Positions 36,533 to 48,482 of a stretch of 64,000 nucleotides of DNA are shown here, one piece after another (positions within the stretch are counted from its first letter, which is position 1; each line of letters starts with the position of its first letter). The DNA is from Phyllobates terribilis (taxonomy: Eukaryota): NCBI RefSeq assembly GCF_046119375.1, contig NW_027362771.1:621922001-621986000 (forward strand). The letters run 5' to 3'. The notes below the pieces were generated by a model. The model saw only the letters and a program-made list of their open reading frames with translations. It was not told the DNA's origin and made no database searches. Made by a program: the position numbers and the translations under genes.

Positions 36533-38102
36533 CAGTCATGGCCAAAAGTTTTGAGAATGACACCAAAATTATATTTTCACATGATCTGCTGGCCTCTGGT
36601 TTTTATTAGTGTTTGTCTGATGTTTATATCACATACAGAAATATAATTGCAATCATATTATGAGTACCAATAGGTTATATTGACAGTTAGAATGAGATAA
36701 TGCAGCAAGTCAATATTTGCAGTGTTGCCCCTTCTTCTTCAAGACCTCTGTAATTCTCCCTGGCATGCTCTCAATCAACTTTTGGACCAAATCCTGACTG
36801 ATAGCAGTCCATTCTTGCTTAATCAATGCTTGCATTTTGCCAGAATTTGGTGGTTTTTGTTTGTCCACCCGTCTCTTGATGATTGACCACAAGTTCTCAA
36901 TGGGATTAAGATCTGGGGAGTTTCCACGCCATGGACCCAAAATCTCTATGTTTTGTTCCATGAGCCATTTAGTTATCACCTTTGCTTTATGGCAAGGTGC
37001 TCCATCATGCTGGAAAAGGCATTGTTGGGCGCCAAGCTGCTCTTGGACGGTTGGGATAAGTTGCTTTTGGAGGACATTCTGGTGCCATTCTTTATTCATG
37101 GCTGTGTTTTTAGGCAAGACTGTGAGTGAGCCGATTCCCTTGGCTGAGAAGCAACCCCACACGTGAATGGTTTCAGGATGCTTTACAGTTGGCATGAGAC
37201 AAGACTGGTGGTAGCACTCACCTCTTCTTCTCCGAATAAGCTGTTTTCCAGAAGTCCCAAACAATCGAAAAGGGGATTCATCAGAGAAAATGACTTTGCC
37301 CCAGTCCTCAGCAGTCCACTCCCTGTACCTTTTGCAGAATATCAGTCGGTCCCTGATGTTTTTTCTGGAGAGAAGTGGCTTCTTTGCTGCCCTGCTTGAA
37401 ACCAGCCCTTGCTCAAAAAGTCTCCGCCTCACAGTGCGTGCAGAAGCACTCACACCAGCCTGCTGCCATTCCTGAGCAAGCTCGGCACTGCTGGTAGTCC
37501 GATCCCGCAGCTGAAACAGTTTTAAGATACGGTCCTGGCGCTTGCTGGTCTTTCTTGGGCGCCCTGGAGCCTTTTTGACAACAATGGAAGCTCTCTCCTT
37601 GAAGTTCTTGATGGTGCGATAGATTGTTGACTGAGGTGCAATCTTTGTAGCTGCAATACTGTTCCCTGTTAGGCCATTTTTGTGCAGTGCAATGATGGCT
37701 GCACGTGTTTTTTTAGAGATAACCATGGTTAACTGAAGAGAAACAATGATACCAAGAACCAGCCTCCTTTTAAAATGTCCAGTGATGTCATTCTTATTTA
37801 ATCATGACTGATTGATCGCCAGCCCTGTCCTCATCAACACCCACACCTGTGTTAATGGATCAATCACTAAAACGATGTTAGCTGCTCCTTTTAAGGCAGG
37901 ACTGCAATGACGTTGAAATGTGTTTTGGGGGTTAAAGTTCATTTTCTGGGCAAATATTGACTTTGCAAGTACAGTAATTGCTGTTAAGCTGATCACTCTT
38001 TGACATTCAGGAGTATATGCAAGTTGCCATTACAAAAAATGAAGCAGTAAACTTTGGAAAAATTACTATTTGTCTCATTCTCAATACTTTTGGCCATGAC
38101 TG
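36533..38102 (-). mobile_element. Full-length Tc1-like DD35E element (Traveler-type spacing)
   Basis: TA-flanked; about 28-bp TIRs CAGTCATGGCCAAAAGT(T/A)TTGAGAATGA; 1570 bp; inserted in the L2 RT. Confidence 0.95.
36710..37726 (-). CDS. DD35E transposase, 338 aa, open
   Basis: GRPRK; FSDES; FQHD-35 aa-E (SPDLNPIE); no stop codons. Confidence 0.93.
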   Translation of the reverse strand: MVISKKTRAAIIALHKNGLTGNSIAATKIAPQSTIYRTIKNFKERASIVVKKAPGRPRKTSKRQDRILKLFQLRDRTTSSAELAQEWQQAGVSASARTVRRRLFEQGLVSSRAAKKPLLSRKNIRDRLIFCKRYREWTAEDWGKVIFSDESPFRLFGTSGKQLIRRRRGECYHQSCLMPTVKHPETIHVWGCFSAKGIGSLTVLPKNTAMNKEWHQNVLQKQLIPTVQEQLGAQQCLFQHDGAPCHKAKVITKWLMEQNIEILGPWRGNSPDLNPIENLWSIIKRRVDKQKPPNSGKMQALIKQEWTAISQDLVQKLIESMPGRITEVLKKKGQHCKY

Positions 38103-38614
38103 TAGATGGAGAAGAGCAGGGGTCCTTGAACTGAACCTTGGGGGACACCGACAAATGGGTGGTGAAATGAGGAAGTGGTATGTGAGTGGGAGACACTGAA
38201 TGTCCTGTCTGTGAAGTATGAGGAGATCCAAGATAGGGCCAAGTCTTTGATGCCAAGAGATGAGAGAGTCTGTAGTAAGAGGGAACGGTCCTCTGTGTCA
38301 ATGGCAGATGACAGGTCCAGGAGGAGGAGGAAAGAGTAGTGTAACTTTGATTTGGCAGTTAGTAGGTCTTTGGTGACTTTAGTCAGGGCAGTTTCAGTGA
38401 AGTGATGTGGTTGGATGCCAGATTGTAAGCGGTCAAAGTGGGAGCAGGAGGAGAGGTGGGAGGACAGTTCAGAATGGACTTGTTGTTCCAGTAGTTTTTA
38501 GGCGTAAGGGAGAAGTGATATGGTGCAATAGTTAGTCAGAGAGGATGGGTCAAGGGAGGGCTTTTTAAGAATGGGTGTGATCGATGCATGTTTGAAGCAT
38601 GAGGGGAAGACACC

Positions 38615-38675
<61 letters not shown>

Positions 38676-38682
38676 AAGATAG
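38615..38682. repeat. (ATAG)n microsatellite
   Basis: About 15 perfect units; degenerate units continue at 40530-40575. Confidence 0.98.
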
Positions 38683-40529
38683 AGTGGCGACCAAAAGTTT
38701 TACATTTTTTTTAAAAGTGTGATCACTTCTGTCGGGTTTTTTGTGATGCCATTTTCCTGGTGATTTCAGTAAACTGGAAGCAAATGGTTATGAGCTATAA
38801 GGACAAAAATTGTGTTTGACATTGTTTTATCCCTTTATTGTTAGTTTTCAACATTTGCTGGGCCCAATGTTTTGTGTATTTTGTCATGGGTAGTCAAATT
38901 TTGCCGAAATTTTTTTTATTTGTGTGTCTGTGTTTTTAGGTTAAACATGGCAAAGACAAAGCCAAATTTATCACCAGATGTCACGAAGCTTATTATGCTG
39001 AGAGTGCGGTGCAGTCAGGCAAAAACCAAAAAGAGCTAGCTATGGAATTCATCTGTTCTCAGAGTCAAGTGTCACATATAAAAAAGAAAGAAAAGGAAGG
39101 TTATGGAACAGCTGACAAACCTAGAAGTACACGACTATGGAAAGCTTACTCCAGGGTTGATCACATTATTAAGAAAAAGTCAGTATCTGATGTCCATAAA
39201 TGTGCTGTAGAGATTTTGCACAAAATGAATCAAGAATATGGGGTCAAAGTGAGTCGCCAAACTGTGGTGCAACGTCAAAAAGCAGTAGGGTGTAATGCAT
39301 GAGTTCCAGTTAAGAAGCCTTTCATCTCTGCAAAAAACTGGAAGGTCCAACTTGAGTTTTCCAAAGAACACAGCCAATGGAAAGAGACAGATTGGTCTAA
39401 GGTGTTGTTGTCAGATGAATCCAAGTTCAATATGTTTGGTAGTGATGACAAACTATTTATACTACCCAACTGGAAAGCGTAATGATTAGTGATGATCGAG
39501 TATGTCTCATTAACCCTTTCCGACGAGCACGCTTGGGTGCTCACCGAGTATTTTGGCGTGCTCGGGGTTTCTTTTACTGTTGCCGCAGCTGCAAGTGTCT
39601 TGGCTATTAGACAGCTTTGACACATGCAGAGATTTCCTGTCCATCAGTCAATCTGTTTAACAGCCATAACACTTGAAGCAGTGACGACAATAAAAGAAAT
39701 CCCGAGCACGCCGAAATACTCGGCAAGCACCCAAGCGTGCTCGCCAGAAAAGGTTAATGAAACATACTCAATCATCACTAGTAATAATGTAAGGTACCAA
39801 ACACCTACAGTGAAGCATGATGGTGGCAATGTAATGGTTTGGGGCTGCTTTTCTGCATTTCCATTGGCCCTCCACATAGAATTTATGAAAATATAAATGC
39901 TACCATGTACAAGGATATACTGGAGAATGTAATGCTGCCACATGGTAAAACCAAAGTAGGTAGGGGATGAAAATTCCAGCAAGACAATGATCATAAGGAA
40001 ACATCCAATTGAGTCAAAAATTGGTTAGCAAAGATAAATGTACACAATGGCAAAGCTAATCACCTGATTTAAACCCTATAGAACGCCTTTGGGTTGCGTT
40101 ATGGCAACGAGTTGGGGCCCGTACCCATAGCCATAAAGATGAATTGTTTGCAAATTTGCAAATAGAATGGAACAAGATCCCTCAAGACATCTTGAATATC
40201 CTAGTGGCTTCAATGCCTTGTCTGTGAGGAGGAGTAATTAAAGCAAGAGGTTATGCTACAAAATACTAAGTTATGCCATTGTAAACAATGAATTACTCTC
40301 TATGTTATGATCAATAAATAGTAAATGAAAAACTTTTGGCAGTCAGTTTTCTTTAATTAAATGATCATACCTATATTCAAAAGTATTTTGGTTACAACTA
40401 AGGTATAGCATGATGACAATGATGACAACTTGATGCTCTTTCAATTCATCACCAGAGAAATGGCATCACAACAACCAGACAAAAGTAATCCCACTTTTAA
40501 AAAAAATGTAATACGTTTGGTCACCATTG
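38683..40529 (+). mobile_element. Old degraded Tc1-like element
   Basis: Imperfect TIRs (AGTGGCGACCAAAAG...TTAAAAGTG and reverse); LSDESKF, PTVKHDGGNVMVWGCFS and FQQDND remnants with stops. Confidence 0.8.
39487..39780. mobile_element. hAT MITE, 294 bp, inside the degraded Tc1
   Basis: TIRs TAGTGATGAT; TSD GTAATGAT / GTAATAAT (7/8). Confidence 0.88.
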
Positions 40530-40820
40530 AAGATATATAGATATATTCAGTAGATAGATACACAGATAGATAGTTATACTAACCTAACCCCTATTCCATT
40601 AAAGTGAGAATTTTCTCACTCAGCGGTGGTGCAGTAAGTGAAGTCACCAGAGCTCATCAGCTGATGAACTCCCATGACCTCTCTCACGGCAGTTCAGCAC
40701 TATACACTGACACAGGAGCGATTACACTCCTGTGTCAGTGTGTAGCCAGCTGTCCTGTAGAGTAGTCACATCTGCTGATATGACTGTTCTACAACTGAAA
40801 TCAGCATGGTATACTATCTA

Positions 40821-42813
40821 CAGTTGAATCCAGAAGTTTACATACACTATATAAAAAGACACATATGCATATTTTTCTCAATATCTGACATGAAATCAGA
40901 ATAAACTTTTCCCATTTTAGGTCAGTTAAGATTACCATAATGTTCAATATTTGCCAAATGCCAGAATAATGAGAGAGAGAGAATCTTTTAAGGCATTTTT
41001 ATTACTTACTGCAAAGTCAAAAGTTTACATACAGTACAGACCAAAAGTTTGGACACACCTTCTCATTTAAAGATTTTTCTGTATTTTCATGACTATGAAA
41101 ATTGTACATTCACACTGAAGGCATTAAAACTATGAATTAACACATGTGGAATTATATACTTAACAAAAAAAAGTGTGAAACAACTGAAAATATGTCTTAT
41201 ATTCTAGGCTCTTCAAATTAGCCACCTTTTGCTTTGATGACTGCTTTGCACACTGTTGGCATTCTCTTGATGAGCTTCAAGAGGTAGTCACCAGAAATGG
41301 TCTTCCAACAATCTTGAAGGAGTTCCCAGAGATGCTTAGCACTTGTTGGCCCTTTTGCCTTCACTCTGCGGTCCAGCTCACCCAAACCATCTCGATTGGG
41401 TTCAGGTCTGGTGACTGTGGTGGCCAGGTCATCTGGCGTAGCATCACATCACTCTCCTTCTTGGTCAAATAGCCCTTACACAGCCTGGAGGTGTGTTTGG
41501 GGTCATTGTCCTGTTGAAAAATAAATGATGGCCCAACTAAACGCAAACTGGATGGAATAGCATGCCACTGCAAGATGCTGTGGTAGCCATGCTGGTTCAG
41601 TATGCCTTCAATTTTGAATAAATCCCCAACAGTGTCACCAGCAAAGCACCCCCACACCATCACACCTCCTCCTCCATGATTCACGGTGGGAACCAAGCAT
41701 GTAGAGTCCATCCGTTCACCTTTTCTGCGTCACACAAAGACACAGTGGTTGGAACCAAAGATCTCAAATTTGGACTCATCAGACCAAAGCACAGATTTAC
41801 ACTGGTCTAATGTCCATTACTTGCGTTCTTTAGCCCAAACAAGTCTCTTCTGCTTGTTGCCTGTCCTTAGCAGTGGTTTCCTAGCAGCTATTTTACCATG
41901 AAGGCCTGCTGCACAAAGTCTCCTCTTAACAGTTGTTGAAGAGATGTGTCTGCTGCTAGAACTCTGTGTGGCATTGACCTGGTCTCTAATCTGAGCTGCT
42001 GTTAACCTGTGATTTCTGAGGCTGGTGACTCGGATAAACTTATCCTCAGAAGCAGAGGTGACTCTTGGTCTTCCTTTCCTGGGGCTTTCCTTATGTGAGC
42101 CTGTTTCCTTGTAGCGCTTGATGGTTTTTGCAACTGCACTTGGGGACACTTTCAAAGTTTGCCCAATTTTTCGGACTGACTGACCTTAATTTCTTAAAGT
42201 AATGATGGCCACTCGTTTTTCTTTACTTAGCTGCTTTTTTCTTGCCATAATACAAATTCTAACAGTCTATTCAGTAGGACTATCAGCTGTGTATCCACCA
42301 GACTTCTGCACAATACAACTAATGGTCCAACCCCATTTATACGGAAAGAAATCCCACTTATTAAACCTGACAGGGCACACCTGTGAAGTGAAAACCATTT
42401 CCAGTGACTACCTCTTGAAGCTCATCAAGAGAATGCCAAGAGTGTCCAAAGCAGTCATCAAAGCAAAAGGTGGCTACTTTGAAGAACCTAGAATATAAGA
42501 CATATTTTCAGTTGTTTCACACTTTTTTGTTAAGTATATAATTCCACATGTGTTAATTCATAGTTTTGATGCCTTCAGTGTGAATGTACAATTTTCATAG
42601 TCATGAAAATACAGAAAAATCTTTAAATGAGAAGGTGTGTCCAAACTTTTGGTCTGTACTGTACATTTCATTAGTATTTGGTACCATTGCCCTTAAACTG
42701 AATGACTTGGGTCAAACGTTTGGGATTATCTTCCACAAGCTTCTCACAATAGTTGGTAAGAATTTGGGTCCATTCCTCCTGACAAAACCAGTGTAACTGA
42801 TCCAGGTTTGTAG
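40821..42813 (-). mobile_element. Sleeping Beauty-like Tc1 end (IR/DR plus adjoining 3' sequence), split by the DD38E element
   Basis: TA-CAGTTGAATCCAGAAGTTTACATACACT outer DR; inner DR AAGTTTACATA|CATTTCATTAGTATTTGG reassembles across the insertion. Resemblance to SB is from recall, not alignment. Confidence 0.75.
41032..42661 (-). mobile_element. Full-length Tc1-like DD38E element (Intruder-type spacing), frameshifted transposase
   Basis: TA-flanked; TIRs of about 270 bp starting CAGTACAGACC; QQD-38 aa-E (WPPQSPDLNPIE); ORF broken into pieces. Confidence 0.93.
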
Positions 42814-45800
42814 GTCACCACGAAGCAATTTTGATGCGTCTTCACTGCAATTTTTCTGCTGCGGAAACGCTGCGAAAACGCTTGTTAATAGATCTGCAAT
42901 TGCAATAGCTATGCTAATCCGGATGTGCTGTGCACATGATGTGGAAATTTCCGCTCCGGATTCGCATTGAGTTAAAAAACGCAGCATGACCATTTTGTGT
43001 GAGATTCAGCTGCGAATTTGCGTCCATTGACTTGCATTGAACCGCAGCAACCCGCAGGTATATGTGGATTTGCTGCGTTTCAATTAAAATCAATGGCCGC
43101 AAATTCGCGGCAGAAACGCGGTGAAGGTGGTACTCGAGTTGGAGAGGACTACAACTCCTTTCATTCGACCGCCACTCCTACTGTTAAAAGCGGGAGTGGC
43201 GTGGCTGGGGCGAGAAGTAGTCTTTCCAGCCAATTTTGGTACCATGCGGTGTAAAAAAAATAAAAAATGAAGTAAAAATAATAAAAAAACTCATTTTTTA
43301 TGCTCACCTGTCCGGCTGCGCCTGGTGTCCTTCTGGTCCTTGGCGGCGATCCTCTCCTCCCGATGGCCGTCGGCATACTGCAGGGAGCGGGCTCGCTCTC
43401 CAAAGTGTACTGAGCTGCCAGGATCTGCGGTGACGTCTGCGATCAGCTGATTAATCACGTGGGTTACCAGGGTGATGGCTGTGAGAGCTCACAGGGGTTC
43501 ATCAGCTCCTCTTCAGCTGATGATCTCCAGTGACCTCCAGTGACCTCCTGCAGTAGCATGTATACTGACAGGGGTGATTTTACACCCCTGTCAGTATAGA
43601 ATGCTGTTTTCTACAGCAGTGACATCAGTGATCATTTCATTAAAATACTATATTCTGGCCATGTTTTTATTGAAAAGGCGGCCATCATTTTGCTATGCAG
43701 TTAGCAATGGGGGCGTCTTATAAGACGCCCTCCATTACTAACCTGGGCTTCACATCAGCCGCCAATACAAGGCTGACGTGAACTCTAACCCCATTATCCC
43801 ACTCGCCACCGCTACAGGGCAGTGGAAAGATCGGAGGCTAAGCGCCAGATTTGGCACATTTTATGGATGCGCCATTTCTGGGACTGCTGAGAAGTGATAT
43901 TAATAGCCGCAGAGGGGGCTAGTATCCATGGCCCCTTCCCTGGCTATTAATATCTGCCCGCAGCTGTCTAGTTTAGCCTTTTCTGGTTAGATTTTATAGA
44001 GGGACCCCATGTTAATTTTTTTCTGGGGTCCCTCTGTAATTTAGCCAGTAAAGGCTAAACAAACAGCTTTGGGCTGATATTAATAGCTAGGGAACATTGT
44101 TGGCTAATGGTCCCTTCCCCGGCTACTAATATCAGCCCCCAGCAGTCAGCTTTCTCTACTGGTTATAAAAATGACATGGGAACCCACGCCATTTTTTTTT
44201 TAATTTTAGGCTCTGTGTCCACGATCCGGATGTAGCAGCGTTTTGGACGCATATTTTTTGCTGCGTCCAGAATGTTGCATTCTATTGAACACAGGTAAAT
44301 CCACATGTGTTCACTGAACCATGTGGATTTATCGCATTCAATACTTTCTAGTGGTCAAATTTCTCATGCGGACAATATCGACTCCGCAAGAGAATTTGAC
44401 ATGCTGCGGTCCTGAAAGATGCACCACATGTCAGTGTCCAGGAGTGATTTGCATCCTCTGATGTACGCATAGTGGACATGGGATTTCTAAAGATCCTATC
44501 CACTATGCTCTAACATCTGGATGCTGCGGGTTTGACACTGTATAAACACGCAGCATTAAACCTGCAGAGGCTCCTGACTGTGGCCACGTACCCAAACTCA
44601 CCCGCAGCATATTAATTTCTGTAGCGGACACGCTTGTTTCCGCTTCAGATTTTGACTGATTGAAATGTCATTATATGCAGTGGATTCACATGTACCAACA
44701 ACAAAAGTGCGGCATTAGAACATTGCATTTTGGACACAACAAAAATACGATGTGTCCTAATCTCTGCTGAGTGCTGATCGGAGGACGTAGCAGCTAACGA
44801 ATCAGCTGTGAGATGCAAATTATGGCCAGGGACCATGTTTTAAAATGGTACCTTCCCAGGCTAAAAATACCAGCTCAAAGCAGCCGCATAAATTATATGA
44901 ATAGAAATTCTAATTAAGATTGGGTAAATGGGACTAGCTGACAACTAGCTCTTTTGTTTGGTTATGATAAAGTGTCAATCAGACCTTTTCATGACCAAAC
45001 TTAATTAAAGTAAAGTAAAGAGTGAAATAAACACACTGACACAGAGTAAACATTTATTTGAAATACAACAGACACATTCTTTAATCATTCAAATTAACCA
45101 ATATACTCACCCCAGTTCTGATGGTAATCCAAGGTCAATTAAATTTATTTAGCTCCAAAAAGCATTCATTGATGAGGGTTGCTGACTGCAGCTGTTGGTT
45201 TTGCCTGCGCTACTTAACAAACATAGAAGAGATCCACGTCATTTTTTTTATTATTTATTTATAACACAGGCTCTGTCTGATGAATACTCCCATCAGCGGT
45301 AGAAATGAGCGAATATTTCAAAGCTCGGTTCGGATTACGATCGTCGATTTTGCAATATTCACTGATTTAGTCGTCGAATATTCATCGAACGCCATTGGAT
45401 TCAATGGGGGTAAAAAAACAAATGCATACAAAGCAACTTCAAACTGGCCCAAAAGATGCCAAAACAGATCAAATTAGGGGCTGACATCAGGAAAGTTGTA
45501 TCAATTGACAAACAGTACAAATTTTATAATGGCACAGCAGCAATCAGCCATGGGCCAGACATGAGGTCTCAAGGTCTGGGCCAGCATTTACAGCTTTGAA
45601 TTGAACTTCAAATTAAGACAAGGTGGGTGAGGGATCAGTGTAGGTCTGCTGTGATGGGAGCCCTGATACCACATGCAACAGCTCAACCTGCTTTTATGCT
45701 CAGCCACACTCAGATGGCAGAAAAATCAGGTTCATAGATTAGTATTGGTACAAAAATTTAAGGATAGTAACAAGGGTAGTTGATTGAAAGTAAGTAGAGG

Positions 45801-45869
45801 CCTGCCGGTCTGGGAGGCCTACTGCTACAGGCAAGACACATGAAGGAGACCCAATTAGGAGTCTCACCA

Positions 45870-46420
45870 TTTCCAAAAATTAGGGCCAGACACCACCAAA
45901 GTGGCATCAATTTCATTAGAGTAGAAATAGTATAATTAGGACCGACACCTCTTCCACTACTGCCAACCCAGCAGATAGAGACCCAATCAGGAGTGTTCAC
46001 GTTTCCCTAAATTAGAGGGCAGACACAACCAAAGTGGCATGAATTTCACTAGAGTAGAAATAGTATAATGGAGACCGACACCTCTTCCACTACAGCCATC
46101 CCAGCAGATGGAGAAGCAACCAGGAGTGTTCACATTTCCGTAAATTAGAGGCTGACACCACCAAAGTGGCATCAATTTCAGTAGAGTAGAACTAGTATAA
46201 TGGGGACTGACATTTCTTCCACTACAGCCAGCCTAGCAGATGGAGACCCAATCAAGAGTGTTCACATTTCACTAAATTAGGGGCTGACACCACTAAAGTG
46301 GAATCAATTGCAGTAGAGTAGAAATAGTATAATAGGGACTGACACCTCTTCCACTACAGCCAACCAAGCAGATGGAGACCCAACCAGGAGTCTCCACATT
46401 ATCCAAAATGTAAAGGCTGA
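45870..46420. repeat. Approximately 131-bp tandem unit; continues at 48030-48290 after the LTR insertion
   Basis: Same unit as 20280-21070. Confidence 0.88.
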
Positions 46421-46423
46421 CAC

Positions 46424-48029
46424 TGTCACGCAAGGCGTGGGAAAGACTTAGTGCAACACAGAGGGAAGAGGGAAAGAGAGCCCAGACACTAGGGAAAGAG
46501 GGGAGTGGAGACCTCCTAGTCTGGTCTAGTGTCACCCTTTCTCAACTAATGTCCCTATATTGGCTCTTCACCAATTGCGGCACGTGTGCCTTGTCCTGTC
46601 TTTCCATGGCATATGGCTAAGGCTAGGTAAGGGAAAAGATGAGCACTAGTCGATCTCCACTAAACTCTATAGACAACAAGGGCAGACAAAAAGGGGGGAA
46701 TTTCTTAGCTTAAGATGACTCCAGACAAATGCGCACACAGCCTCAAGCTCCAGAGAGGATGAAGTACTGCTCTTGCTAAAGCCTCACAAGTAGTGATGAA
46801 TATCGCCGTCACCTCCCTCTGAGACACACTAGTTATTTATACACCCAGGCAAGGGAAGACAAACAGCAGAGCCAGAACAATAAACAGATTTTTTAAAACA
46901 AATTCCAAAGTCAAATTAGAAAATAGCAAATGGCAATAGTACTCACCAACAGCCGGCCCCCTTTTGCTAGAAGGAGGTAACACAGGTGCAGAATTCTGAT
47001 GAACAATCACTGTCACCCACTCTCATTGGAGGAGCGACTGCCTAGCACTAAAACTGCACACAGATGAAAGTTGAAGTAGGGTGCAATTCACACACACGAG
47101 GCACCGTGCCTAGTCAGCATCGCAGAGGTGCAAAGCCCCAACTCACAAGGTCACCATTAATTGGCCTGGCTGCACCCTGGCAGATAAAAAGGAGCAAAAA
47201 TATCATATGAGGTATTAGTTAACATTTTGGCCAAAATACGTAAGCTCGCAACCCATCGTGAAGGGTCCTCACGATTTTGCGAGTCCCTACTCTATCATTA
47301 AAAACAAACAGCATAGCCAGAACAATAAACAGAGTTTTTTAAAAAAATTACAAGGTCAAATTAGAAAATAGCAAAAGGCAATGGTACTCACCAGCCAAAG
47401 GTTCAAGAAAAATGCACACCAACCAGGAGTCTCGACATTTCCAGAAAGTAGAGGCTGACAATGTCACGCAAGGCATGGGAAAGACTTAGTGCAACACAGA
47501 GGGAAGAGGGAAAGAGAGCCCAGACACTAGGCAAAGGGGGGAGTGGAGACCTCCTAGTCTGGTCTAGTGTCACCCTTTCTCAACTACTGTCCCTTTATTG
47601 GCTCTTCACCAATTGCGGCATGCGTGTCTCATCCTGTCTTTCCATGGCGTATGGCTAAGGCTAGGGAAGGGAAGAGATGAGCACTAGTCGATCTCCAATA
47701 AACTCTATAGACAGCAAAGGCAGACAAAAAGGGGGGAATTGCTTAGCTTAAGATGACTCCAGACACATGCCCACACAGCCTTAAGCTCCAGAGAGGAAGA
47801 AGTACTGCTCTTGCTAAAACCTCACAAATAGTAATGAATATCGCCGTCACCTCCCTCTCAGACACACTACACTAGGTATTTATACACCCAGGCAAGGGAG
47901 CTAATTAGCCAAAGGGAGGTAGCTGCTAGGTCCTAGAGGCAGCCTCTAGGAAGATGTCTGTAATGCCAAACGTAGAGATCTCCTGCAACCAACTGCAGGG
48001 CGACTGTCACCTCTGACACACCCGTAACA
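46424..48029 (-). mobile_element. Probable solo LTR (47462-48029) with a partial upstream duplicate (46424-46855)
   Basis: TGTCACG...CGTAACA termini; GACAC at 46419-46423 and 48030-48034 as a 5-bp TSD; minus-strand TATAAATAA near 46838. Confidence 0.65.
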
Positions 48030-48482
48030 GACACCAGCGAAGTGGTATCAATTTCACCAGAGTAGAAATAGTATAATGGGGATCAACATCTCTTCATTAC
48101 ATCCAACCCAGCAGATGGAGACACAATCAGGAGTGTTCACATTTCTAAATATTAGTGGCACACACCACCGAAGTGGCATCATTTTCAGTAGAGTAGAAAT
48201 AGTATAATTAGGACTGACACCTCTTCTACTACAGCCAACCAAGCAGATGGAGACCCAACCAGAAGTGTTCATATTTATAAAAATTACTGTTAACATCTGC
48301 AGTAGCAGCAGACACAGAAGCCACGCTACATATATAACAGACTGCAATTACGCGAGATCAATGCAGCACACTAAAAACTACATCTCCTAGTCTGTACAGT
48401 CTACGATTGGGGTGCCAAAGTCCTTGGAGATCCATGACTTGCTCATCTTGATGAAAGTTAGGCAGTGTACACTTTCAGGGGA

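Larger units (their letters stand above)
33860..38612 (-). mobile_element. L2 LINE RT, broken into 33860-34262, 36145-36532 and 38103-38612
   Basis: YHLYADDTQIY (about 36455-36485); LKLNMDKTE; LD.NLSF..HI; then PFLTFDTAKTL..ALIHS.LDYCNSLL.GLP. Confidence 0.85.

Noticed and set aside
46424-48029. Two-LTR provirus
   Set aside because: The first copy is incomplete, host flank is duplicated with it, and no coding sequence, PBS or PPT was seen.
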